A stretch of 63,533 nt of DNA, the filler included, from Octopus bimaculoides (taxonomy: Eukaryota): the NCBI RefSeq assembly GCF_001194135.2. It is 5 parts of 3 records of this genome, joined end to end, with 100 filler letters (N's around TTAATTAATTAA, not from the genome) between each part and the next. Parts side by side here need not be neighbours in the genome. Positions count along the whole stretch, not along the records: positions 1 to 28,468 come from NC_068982.1; positions 28,569 to 42,088 come from NC_068991.1; 3 more parts are not named here. One strand, written 5' to 3'. This document shows positions 24,361 through 33,888 of this stretch, piece by piece. The stretch's first letter is position 1; each line of letters begins with the position of its first letter. The notes beneath the pieces were generated by a model, which was not told the DNA's origin, ran no database searches, and saw only the letters and a program-made list of their open reading frames with translations. The position numbers and the translations under genes are program-made.

Positions 24361-26376
24361 TAATACTACTACACCACTCATTGGGAATGACATCTTTCTG
24401 GATAACCTGAGTAACTATACGAGTGACAACGCTCTATCCTATCCCACCCTATTTTAAGCATTTCAGCAATGATTCCTGTTAGTCATTGAGTTTTTCTTGA
24501 CCCTATGTCCATAAATGCCTTATCTGTTATAATACTGTCATCTCTGTTGGTTCAATATTTGAAAGATTCTCTTCTCATGAATTCTCTATACCTTGCAAAC
24601 TTTCATAGTGGTATTTCCATATATCTGCTATTTCAGAATCGTTAAGTGCAAGCATACCATTATCCATTCGCACACCCCTCTCACTCACAGAATATCTCTT
24701 TTCCCTGATACACAAGTTTGTACTCCTAAACACATAACGCTTCTGATCCACACTCTGTAAAACTCTGACAAATCTCTTACCTTGTCCTGTTCCCTTTGCT
24801 ATGTAAACCTGTCGCCTATCTTCCGTTCTGTTTACCTGATTTAATTCTATCATAGTAAGTTAAATAATATATTTTTATGTACAACGAAACGCAATTGAGT
24901 TGATTTGAAACATATAATATAGATATATTGGTCATCATTTAAATGAACGTTTTCTCAAGTGTCATTGCTCATTGCTGGAAATGTTGAAATCACTGTATAT
25001 TTCTCTTACGGGAAAAATAGTCGGAAATCGTCTCTGGTTAACGAATTTTATGTCTTTGATATTATGACTTTAATATAAGTTACATCAATATGGAAATCTC
25101 ATCAATGGCTAGCATACATATTCAGCATTGTGTGCAAAGGATACGATTTTGTTCATCTTGCTATCACAGAAGTCATCGAAAACGGTCGACATATTAAGGA
25201 AAAAATAAACATGTTTATGAGTTAGTGCCTCAGAGGTTATGGGTCACCTGTTGATGTGCAAATTGCATGGCAAATCATATATTACCATTTGCTTATGGAT
25301 GAACTTACATTACTATTTGATGATAATCAAATAACTTGTGTACTTCCATGGAGGAAAACATATACTCGCCTTCGATGGGGACCAAAAGAAAAAATTTTCT
25401 TCTCACTACCCGGAAAAAAGTCAATCAAACTGAGGAAAATGCTAGTTAACTATATTACTCGGATGTTTCTTATCATTACTTACTCTGTAAGGAATCAGCA
25501 AAGTGAAAGTGATGCTAGAGCGGAGCGGATGAGCGTATATTAATTCAGGTTATATACAATTAGTTCTAAAGTTAATAACATATTCCACTTAAAGCTGATA
25601 GTTATTGTACGTTAAAAGAATTGTTTCAATTACCTAACAACTTTTGACGGTGCACTTTACAATATTTATAAAGAAGCTTGGAACGGAGAAACTTGCTCGA
25701 AAATAAGTGATGAATAGCAGAAATGCGTGACAGAAGCATCATTAGTGCAATTGCTATTGCATCTACGACATTTGCACGCCATGAAGTGTGCGTTGAATGA
25801 ACCTAACAAGGTAACAGGAAGCTATCGTATGTTTGAGGAAGAAATGATGGACGAAAACATGAGACAATCCAAGACGTAGCTATTCAAAAACCAACTCAGA
25901 GCTGTAGAATCAACTTCATTACAAGAATTATGTTATCATGTCTTATTCCACGCTACATTGAAATTAATGAATTTATGACGTTGGCATTATTCAATGTTAA
26001 CAGAATTTTGGTTAATTTAACTGAAACGAAGTATCAATTATTTCAGTTAGTATTTTTCAGTTTGAGACTTAATGGTGTAGTTCAATTTTCATTTCTAAAT
26101 ACTCCAGGTGAACGTAGAAAAACATATCTATACCATACATTGATTTAAAACAGAAACATTCACCAGTTATTTTGTATGCAAGAACATACATACCAACATA
26201 TATGTGTTAATGTACGTATGAGCAGCTCATTGCAGTTAAAAAGTACCTTCTTGGAAATATCTGACCGTCACGTTTAAATATTCTGTGAGGAGCTTGAAAG
26301 AATTAAACGTTAAAGTCGTCGTTATAAGTGAGACCTTGTTGCTAATTCCTAATATTCTGTGATTGACATGATATTC

Positions 26377-26564
26377 TCTTCTACTCTAGGCACAAGGACC
26401 AAAACTTTTGAGGAGGAGCCAGTCCATTAGATCGACTCCAGTACGTAACTGGTACTTAATTTACCGACCTTGGAAGGATAAAAGGAAAAGTCCATCTCGG
26501 CGGAAATTGAACTCAGAACGTAGACAGACGAAATTCCGCTACGCATTTCCCCTGGCGTGCTAAC
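26377..26564 (-). mobile_element. SINE family A, tail type 1, lacking the first ~20 nt of the head
   Basis: Tail CCTTGTGCCTAGAGTAGAAG; copy begins at GTTAGCACGCCAGG on the minus strand. Confidence 0.85.
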
Positions 26565-26804
26565 ATTTCTTATTTCTTTATTGTCCACAAGGGGCTAAAT
26601 ATATAGGGGACAAAGAAGGACAGACAAAAGGCTTAAGTCGATTACATCGACCCCAGTGCGTAACTGGTACTTAATTTATCGACCCCGAAATGATGAAAGG
26701 CAAAGTCGACCTCGGCGGAATTTGAACTCAGAACGTAACGGCAGACGAAATACCGCTAAGCATTTCGCCCGGCGTGCTAACGCTTTTCCGAACTCACCGC
26801 CTTA
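26565..26804 (-). mobile_element. SINE family A, tail type 2, full length, fused to the previous copy
   Basis: Head AAGGCGGTGAG; tail TTTTGTCTGTCCTTCTTTGTCCCC...GGACAATAAAGAAATAAGAAAT; the pair is flanked by TGATTGACATGATATTC at 26360-26376 and 26805-26821. Confidence 0.9.
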
Positions 26805-27913
26805 TGATTGACATGATATTCAATAAAATCCTCACTTGTAATTGATCTTCCAGTGGTAAAATTTTGGTAAGGGGAAGACTAATTTTTATTCAACTTTTTA
26901 CATAATAAGAAGAGTTTTTTTATTATGTGAGCAGCTGCTATTATTGTGGACAACTCTTTATAATTGAAAATTCTACACTGACAATTGAAAGAATTCTGCA
27001 GGCAGCAAACGGAAACAGCTCCTGAACTCAGAAAAAAGTATTATCAGAGCAACATTAGGAAATACAACAGCGAATACGTATATTATCAATGGTAACCTTA
27101 ATTCTGCAAATTGGAACATTGATATTATTGCATTACTTACTGGTATGGTGTCTATGTTGTAATTCTGATGCTACAAATAACAGTAACGTGGAAATAACGA
27201 CAGCTTAATACAAGTGAGTGTTTAAATAATTTTATTGCCACGAGAATGCCACTACATGACTCGAAACAAAAGCGTGGTACGAGTATTATCATATTCTCCA
27301 ATGTTGACATCAGAAGATGCTTGGTTAATGAAATATAAAGGTTTCAAAAAGCAAAAAAGAAAAAAAATGTTCTGTGGTAATCATTTTCATCATCAAATCG
27401 TTTCATCAATACTGATTGATAGATTACAAGTTAAGTGTTGCAAAATAAAACTTGTTTTAAATTTAGACATGGGAATATACATATTTTCTTTTCTATTTTA
27501 CCATGGAAAATCTACAGGCATTCAGAAATAAAAGTAAGGTCATACTGCACGCGAAAAATAACTGCAATTAAGGAAGTCTTTGAAGAAAAATTCTCTAAAT
27601 ACATAATTATTAAATGAAATGCTACATTTAAAGCTTCTGACAGCTCGACATTATTGTGCAATCTTTCTTTTACCGTACACTACATTGCAGTATTTTAAAA
27701 ACTATTAAAGCGAGTATTCAAATGTAAAAGTTACTTGCAAAAATGTTCAAAGTAATGTTTATTATAGAGATAGTTGCACATAAAATTAAACTTAATTTCA
27801 TTTATTTTCTGTTTATTTTAATAACATGTACAATATAGTTCAATATGACACCTCTCACAGAAAGGATATACTGCCATAGCAGCGCATAAATATATATATA
27901 TAAGTGTGTATGT

Positions 27914-27949
<36 letters not shown>

Positions 27950-28327
27950 CTTTTGTCAGTATTAGTACGAAGTAGATAATGTAATTAAAGTAATGAAAAT
28001 GTAATCAACATTGATTAATGTAGTGTAGTATTTTGAAACAGCGCTAATCTCCCATCATTAAGACTTAGTTTCTTGCAGAAAATGCATTCCTGCGGTGCCT
28101 ATCAACAAAAGCCCGTCAACTATTCATAACAGGAAATTAACAATCAGAAAATATATTATATCTGTTTTGAATCGCCCACCAGCAAAAGTACACCGAAATA
28201 TTATATGGAATTTTTATACCTCATCAGATACTCTTAAAACCTGCAATGTCTCTCTCTATCTCTCTCTCTCTCTCTCTGTGTCACCGTCCACTTTTCTCTC
28301 TGTCTGTCTTTTTCTCTCTCCCTCCGC

Positions 28328-28388
<61 letters not shown>

Positions 28389-28512
28389 CTACCAACCGAC
28401 ATGTTCATCAAGTTTTTCCTCCTATGTTTGTTTCTCTCTCTCCCTCTCTTTCACTCTTTCGTTCTCCCNNNNNNNNNNNNNNNNNNNNNNNNNNNNNNNN
28501 NNNNNNNNNNNN

Positions 28513-28524
28513 TTAATTAATTAA
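28513..28524. other. Assembly linker TTAATTAATTAA between two 44-N runs (also 42133-42144, 50777-50788, 60793-60804)
   Basis: Identical 12-mer with stops in all six frames, flanked by equal N runs at four sites. Confidence 0.9.
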
Positions 28525-28630
28525 NNNNNNNNNNNNNNNNNNNNNNNNNNNNNNNNNNNNNNNNNNNNGCTAAATTCCCATTCGAAAATATATATAATTT
28601 TCAAAGTGGCACACAGTTACTGATCTAATA

Positions 28631-28902
28631 AATAGAAACATTATTATTTCTAAATTTCTCAACGAGAGACACACAGTAACAGTACTTTAAAGTAAAGATT
28701 ATTTGCCAACATAATGTGGCAGTCCCGGTTGAGATGAATGTTACTGTCGTTTAGCTCCGTTCGAAAATATAAAGACACAGATAGTGTGTCGTATAGCCAG
28801 CCAACTGGGACTACTACGTTATGATGGCAAATAATCTTTACTTTAGAATACTGTTACTGAATGTCTCTCGTTGAGAGATTTAGAAATAATAATGTTTCTA
28901 TT
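28631..28902. mobile_element. MITE with 101-bp TIRs and a 70-bp spacer
   Basis: 28631-28731 is the reverse complement of 28802-28902 (AATAGAAACATTATTATTTCTAAAT..CTCAACGAGAGACA..AAAGTAAAGATTATTTGCCA). Confidence 0.85.
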
Positions 28903-28984
28903 AATGTATATATATACATGGGCGTGTGGGAAAAAGTTTGCTTCTCATTGATATATATATAGAGAGAGAGAGCTGGTGGAACAT

Positions 28985-29193
28985 AAGGCGGCGAGCTGGC
29001 AGAATCATTAGCACGTCGGACGTAATGCTTAGCGGTATTTCGACTGTCGCTACGTTCTGAGTTCAAATTCCGCCGAGGTCGACTTTGCCTTTCATCCTTT
29101 GCGCACTGGGGTCGATATAATCGACTTAATCCGTTTGTCTGTCCTTATTTGTCCCCTCTGTGTATAACCCCTTGTGGACAGCAAAGAAATAGG
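28985..29193 (+). mobile_element. SINE family A, tail type 2, small internal deletion
   Basis: AAGGCGGCGAGCTGGCAGAATCATTAGC...GAGTTCAAATTCC...GTTTGTCTGTCCTTATTTGTCCCCTCT...CAGCAAAGAAAT. Confidence 0.9.
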
Positions 29194-29212
29194 AATATAT
29201 GCCAACTATAAT

Positions 29213-30240
29213 ATTCATTTCCAGAGGTGTCAAATATGCGATGGTGTGGTTGCTATTTGACACCACTGAAGAGGCTCGCAATTTTGTAAGTCAGCCCTTA
29301 GAGGGCGAAGAGATATTGTTTCTTCCCACGTATTATGGGAAGTTAACAAGGGCTTGAGTCTGCGGTTTGCGACCCGGGATAGAACCTGAGTGGATAGAAG
29401 ACGCTATCTGCCGGGGTCTAGGTGGCAGCGGAGCCATACTCCTCAATGTCAAAACTTTGCTTGCGGCTGATTGGGTGGGGTAAAAAGCGGTTTTGACCCT
29501 GTGGACCCAATCAACTAATAATCTGGTGTTTCCAGATTTTCTTAGAATGGCCGGTTATAAGTATCCGGGGATTCTTGAGGGACGCCCCCACCCAAGTGTC
29601 GCCTGTGCCTGGAACCAGGCTACATTAAAAAGAACTGTCCACAGGACAGAAGTAAGGTCTTGGAACAGTTAGTTATGGAAGAACTCCCACCTCCTTCAGA
29701 AGGAGAGATGGAGGCAGTGGAGACCTCCCCGAAAAAAAGGGGGGAAAAGGAAGAAGGTGGGAAACAATGGTTGCCCACCGAAGGACCCCAAAGCTGCGGG
29801 AGGGAGGGAAGATCCTCCGATCATAGCGGAGGAACTACACCCTCCCGTAGCAAAGGGGAGAAAAAAGAATAAAAACGGGGCAGGGCCGGCGGTTAATACA
29901 CTGCCGGCATGTTCCGAAGCTCCGTCGGGGGGAATTGTTCCACCGATGGTAGAAGTTGTGGCCTCGACGCATGTGGAGGAGGAATTTTTGGTCTTCTTCC
30001 GCAGGGAAGAGGCAGTGGGAAAGTTTACCAAAAAGTTTGTCATGGGAGGAAACATAACCTGCATTAATGATCCTGGATGGCCTCCGCAGATAGCTGTGGA
30101 AGTCATCTCAGACACGGATCTTTTCAAGGTAATGGACTCCTTCCCAGATGATGTATTCCGTTTCCGATTAAGGCACTCTGACCTGGCAATATCGGAGTGC
30201 TTGAGTGACGCTTTGAGGCTGGTCGGGTGCTGGCGAAGAC
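29213..30240 (+). pseudogene. L1/Tx1-type ORF1 (gag-like, zinc knuckle), copy A, 5'-truncated and frameshifted
   Basis: ISRGVKYAMVWLLFDTTEEARNFVSQPLEGEEILFLPTY...LEGRP.KCRLCLEPGYIKKNCP (CX2CX4HX4C with H>Y, 29597-29638); paralogous to copy B. Confidence 0.75.
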
Positions 30241-30295
30241 ATTTGTCTAATATCTATAAAACATGTGACATATTAATATATATATATACATATAT

Positions 30296-30432
30296 ACGAC
30301 AGGCTTCTTTCAGTTTCCGTCTACCAAATCCCCTCAAGACTTTGGTCGGCCCGAGGCCATAGTAGAAGACACTTGCCCAAGGTGCCACGCAGTGGGACTG
30401 AACCCAGAACCATGTGGTTGGTAAGTAAGCTA
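30296..30432 (-). mobile_element. SINE family B, 5' half; its first ~30 nt are displaced to 32421-32451 by the 2-kb insertion
   Basis: ...CCATGTGGTTGGTAAGTAAGCTA| at 30432 continues as |AGCTACCCTCCACACAGCCACTCCTGCGCC at 32421-32450; intact copies at 45028 and 48135 show these pieces are normally contiguous. Confidence 0.85.
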
Positions 30433-32420
30433 GTTTATTTCATTAAATATTGGCCATTAAGGCCTTACAAAGAGGGGACAAACAAGGACAGACAAACAAA
30501 GTAGCTGCGGGCTGGACACAGACATTAATGATATGAGGGTGATAACAAAAGGATGAAATAAAGATGGGAGGGGCACCGGCGTCCACCGACCGATAACCCC
30601 TCGAAAACATTGTTCAATACATTCAGTATAGTTCAATACAGATAAATCAAAAAACATAACACATTAATCCTCATCATCCGGGCTACCAAGCAAGTATCCT
30701 GCTGCCTGTAGGAAAGCCTGCAGCATCAATGGAGGCAAAGTCCTCCTTGTCACAAACTGTTTCTATTTTTGCTTTTTCACTATAATTTATGACCTCCGCA
30801 CACACCTGCGGAGGCCAACTTGGGGTGGTCTATGAGGACCGAGTCATACCGTTGCCTTTTCAAAAGACTATCCAAATACAGTTTCACAGGCCCTCCCTTG
30901 AGGTAACAGAGGATGATCTCCTCCTCCTCCTCTTCGCCGGGAGGGACCGTGGCATGCTCTGTCAGCGGCACAATTCCCAATGACAGAGCTTCCCGCTCTG
31001 ATGGCACACCTCCCACCGGAGGGGCCACGGGTTCGGTCTGCGGCACGTCCACCGACCGTCTCCCATTTCTCTTTTTCTCCTTTTACTGGTTACGAGGGTC
31101 GGGAACTCTCTCGGCACGCCCGAGGGGTCCTCCTCCTCTTCCTCTGCAACCTTCGTTTCACCTGGTGAGCAACTACCGTTGCTCACCTTTCTCTTTCTGG
31201 AGGCAGCCACCTCCACGACTTTCTCCGTCTCCCCATCCGATGAGGGGGGGGGGGCGGTCACATTTTTCTTTTTCTGCTCCAAGGCCTTCCCATGGCCCTG
31301 GGGGCAGTTCTTCCTGATATGGCCAGGCTCCAGGCATTGGTGATATTGGGGGGGGGGCGTCCCTCAAGTATCACCGACTACCTGGACCCGGCCATTTTTA
31401 TAAAGTCAGGAAAACACATGTCCTTTGCGGTCACTAGGGTCCATAGGGTTAGAATTGCCCTAGTGCCCTCCCAGTTGACCGCAGGTGTCTTTAGAACGTT
31501 TTAGAGCCGGGGCCCACTGTCCCCCAAGCCCCGCCGGATGGCATCTGCGATCCACCCAGCTTCGGTTCGCGGGGGCAGCCCACATACCCAGGCTCTAATA
31601 ATTTTTCTCCCACAATAAGTGGGGAGAAACAAAATCTCTTCCCCTTGCAGGGGCTGGCTTGCCACAATGCCAGCCTCTTCGGGGGAATCAAATAGCAATC
31701 ACACTGTTACATATATTTGACTCCCCTAGAGATGTAGTAGTTTTTAGCTGGCAAACAACTTGCCAGCTCTTTTGTAATTTCTTCTTTGTTTAAGAGGGCA
31801 ATGGCGTTGCGTGACCTAGAATAGGTCCGCAAGACCACTGTCCTCTTCTCTGTATCTACTAGCCACTGTTGGGTGGGACAACCCTCCACTCCAAGGCAGC
31901 GGCTTCATTATTTTTCTCTGCCATGTTTATAGAGCTCAAAAAACGGTCCAAAAATGAAGTTCACAGAAAGTTTACACAAAAAAAACAGCTGAAAAAACAA
32001 CTGAGGAAGAAGAAAATATTTAAAACAGTTTAAATAAAAGATAGAGAGAGAAAGAAGAGAAAAAGACAGTTCCACGGCAAAAAGACGGCAATTTTTGGCC
32101 AGCAGGTACTCCAAGCCAACAGAATTTTCAATCGTATAATCCACAAAAATTTTACAATTCTTCGGGCGGATACGCCCCCAAATCCAAAAATCACAATGTC
32201 ACAAATAAATAACCGCCGAGAGCAGGCGAAATTGCCCCAGAGCTGGGCGAAATTTACTGCAAAAAAAATATTAGAACGGCAATAAATACCACCCTGCTCA
32301 AATAAAACAGTTCCACCTACCTCGGTCGGCTTCAGAAGTTCAACTTTGGGAGAGACAAAAAAACTCTCAACCATCTTGGTCTGACGGAAACAGTAACACT
32401 AATACGCCTGCGCAGAAGCG
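30433..32420 (-). mobile_element. 1988-bp ORF1-only non-LTR-type element (half-LINE-like), copy B, with AGCTA TSD
   Basis: ~500-nt 5' UTR; ATG at 31924 (MAEKNN); frameshifted ORF1 to TAG at 30683; ~250-nt pyrimidine-rich 3' UTR ending AATAAA; AGCTA at 30428-30432 and 32421-32425; no endonuclease or RT sequence. Confidence 0.75.
30683..31924 (-). pseudogene. L1/Tx1-type ORF1 of copy B (~410 codons, frameshifted)
   Basis: RTVVLRTYSRSR..YYISRGVKY..LFDSPEEA..SQPLQGEEILFLPTYCG..VILEGRPPQYHQCLEPGHIRKNCP (knuckle at 31304-31345, first C>Y). Confidence 0.75.
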
Positions 32421-32541
32421 AGCTACCCTCCACACAGCCACTCCTGCGCCTTCTATGAATGAAGTATTACTTTCACCATACCTATTAGAGTAATTTCCCT
32501 CTATTTAACGGGTTTTTTTTTTTTTATAGCGTTTTGTCTTA

Positions 32542-32600
32542 ATAACTGATGAGACGCTGGAGCGGACTTCATCTCTGGTGTCCGAAACTCTGAGTTTTAT
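32542..32600 (+). ncRNA. Type I hammerhead ribozyme with intact catalytic core
   Basis: AUAA-CUGAUGA-GACGCUGGAG-(10 nt loop)-CUCUGGUGUC-C-GAAA-CUC-U-GAGU-U-UUAU; stem I 4 bp, stem II 10 bp including GU pairs, near-palindromic stem III, GUU cleavage triplet. Confidence 0.8.
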
Positions 32601-32860
32601 AATGACAACCAGCTAGTTGTCACATATTATATTTATAGATGAATTCCTCTATTTTACATAATATCGAGGTCTCATTCATTCTTTTGTTGTCATATTATTA
32701 TTATTAATACTCATCTTACCTCTTATCTTTATCTTTATTTAAAAAAAATTTTTTTTATTTTACTTTCGCTCTCATTCTTTCCAGCACCTATCCCATTCTT
32801 TTTTCTTTATTTTCTCTCTTCTATTCAATCACTCACAACTTATATCTGTCTATCATGGTC

Positions 32861-32925
<65 letters not shown>

Positions 32926-33041
32926 TTTCATTCTCCTGTCTTTCTTCTATCTACTGTTTTACGTTTCATTCTTCTATCTAGTGTTTTATTCCTTTATACA
33001 CTGTGAGTTCTCTGTCTAGAACTCACCCACATACTCACCTT

Positions 33042-33117
33042 GTCTCTGATGAGGGAATACCCAGAGTATGGAGATGCTAACCCATCACTTGGGATATCCC
33101 AGAAACAACTGTAAAAT
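33042..33117 (+). ncRNA. Type I hammerhead motif, AGCU family, long stem II, mildly degenerate
   Basis: GUCU-CUGAUGA-GGGAAUACCCA...UGGGAUAUCCC-A-GAAAC-AACU-GUA-AAAU; one change each in the stem III palindrome and stem I relative to the 12280 copy. Confidence 0.7.
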
Positions 33118-33162
33118 ATTAATTACTTCTAATCAATTACTTCTAATTCACCTTACTCTAAT

Positions 33163-33358
33163 TAAATACTCTAAATGACTTGAGATACTCGTTCTGCCGT
33201 GGTTTTGTTGTCCTTTTTCCTCTAATATATACCTGGTAACACGGAAGCCTACTGCAGTTCCTAGCTCCAGCCTCAGTTGTGAACTTGGAACCTAACGCAC
33301 CATTCATAGCACTTACACAGCATACCTATGCGTTTAGATCATCAGTGAACTAAACCCC
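33163..33358. repeat. ~195-bp unclassified repeat, inverted partner of 35934-36130
   Basis: Shared blocks AAATGACTTGAGATACTCGTTCTGCC, CCTTTTTCCTCTAATATATACCTG and CTAGCTCCAGCCTCAGTTGTGAACTTGGAACCTAAC; roughly 85-90% identical by eye. Confidence 0.85.
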
Positions 33359-33418
33359 TCATATTCTCTCTCTATATATATCTATGGGGTAATATAGGCT
33401 GTAGTTATTGTAGCTATA

Positions 33419-33557
33419 AGTTTATCTTCATATTTATTACGGAATTCTCCTTCCGATAAATTAAGTAAATAAAGAACATTTTTGTTAGGTTTCTCTTCAT
33501 ATTTATTATGGAATTCTCCCTCCGATAAACTAAGTAAATAAAGAACATTTTTTGTTA
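33419..33557. repeat. ~68-bp tandem duplication
   Basis: TCTTCATATTTATTA.GGAATTCTCC.TCCGATAAA.TAAGTAAATAAAGAACATTTTTGTTAG occurs twice. Confidence 0.85.
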
Positions 33558-33888
33558 GTTACTTTAAATAATTTTATTTATATCAATAACTTTAAATAAA
33601 AGAGAAGAGCCGTTATATATTACCAATATAATAGTATATTATCATTTATATTTATTTACACGTTTTATTAGTCTCTAAATTAAGTAAGACCCTGATATTT
33701 AATTTATATACCTATATATTGTTGTTGTATGTTATTATAATAGTCAAAGATTGTCTTCGACTTAAACGAATTTGGATTAGTATTATTTGAGATATATAGA
33801 AATATATTTCGATAGTTGAATATTCTATTTACTTAATTATTCTGTCTGTTATAATTTTGTTATCTTTTAATTGTAATTGTTATGTATA

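Larger units (their letters stand above)
23130..24860 (-). mobile_element. Decayed RTE-clade LINE (RT domain and C-terminus)
   Basis: RRQVYIAKG...KRFVRVL...VRMDNGMLALND..IWKYHYE; QVIQKDVIPNEWCSSI; LFVIVLQAITEEFKTGCPWELVYADD; Cys-rich insert and DSFCYQGD; tail-like AGGAAGGGTATCCAGCTG; many stops and frameshifts. Confidence 0.9.
24960..27620 (+). mobile_element. Highly decayed Helitron RepHel fossil
   Basis: Fragments YINMEISSM / YIFSIVCKGYD (HINVE..KYxxKG motif), RLYTISSK..FHLKLIV..CFNYLTTFDGALYNIYKEA (GRMYTV..SFEDLRTVDG) and LLEISDE*QKCVTEASLVQL; weaker helicase-like remnants at 27000-27620; interrupted by a SINE pair. Confidence 0.65.

Noticed and set aside
27002-27142. 141-nt phase 1-1 open segment with AG/GT borders
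   Set aside because: No polypyrimidine tract, and it lies within the Helitron helicase-like remnant.
28513-28524. TTAATTAATTAA repeated four times at long intervals
   Set aside because: Always between equal 44-N runs and has stops in all six frames; a scaffolding linker, not a biological motif.
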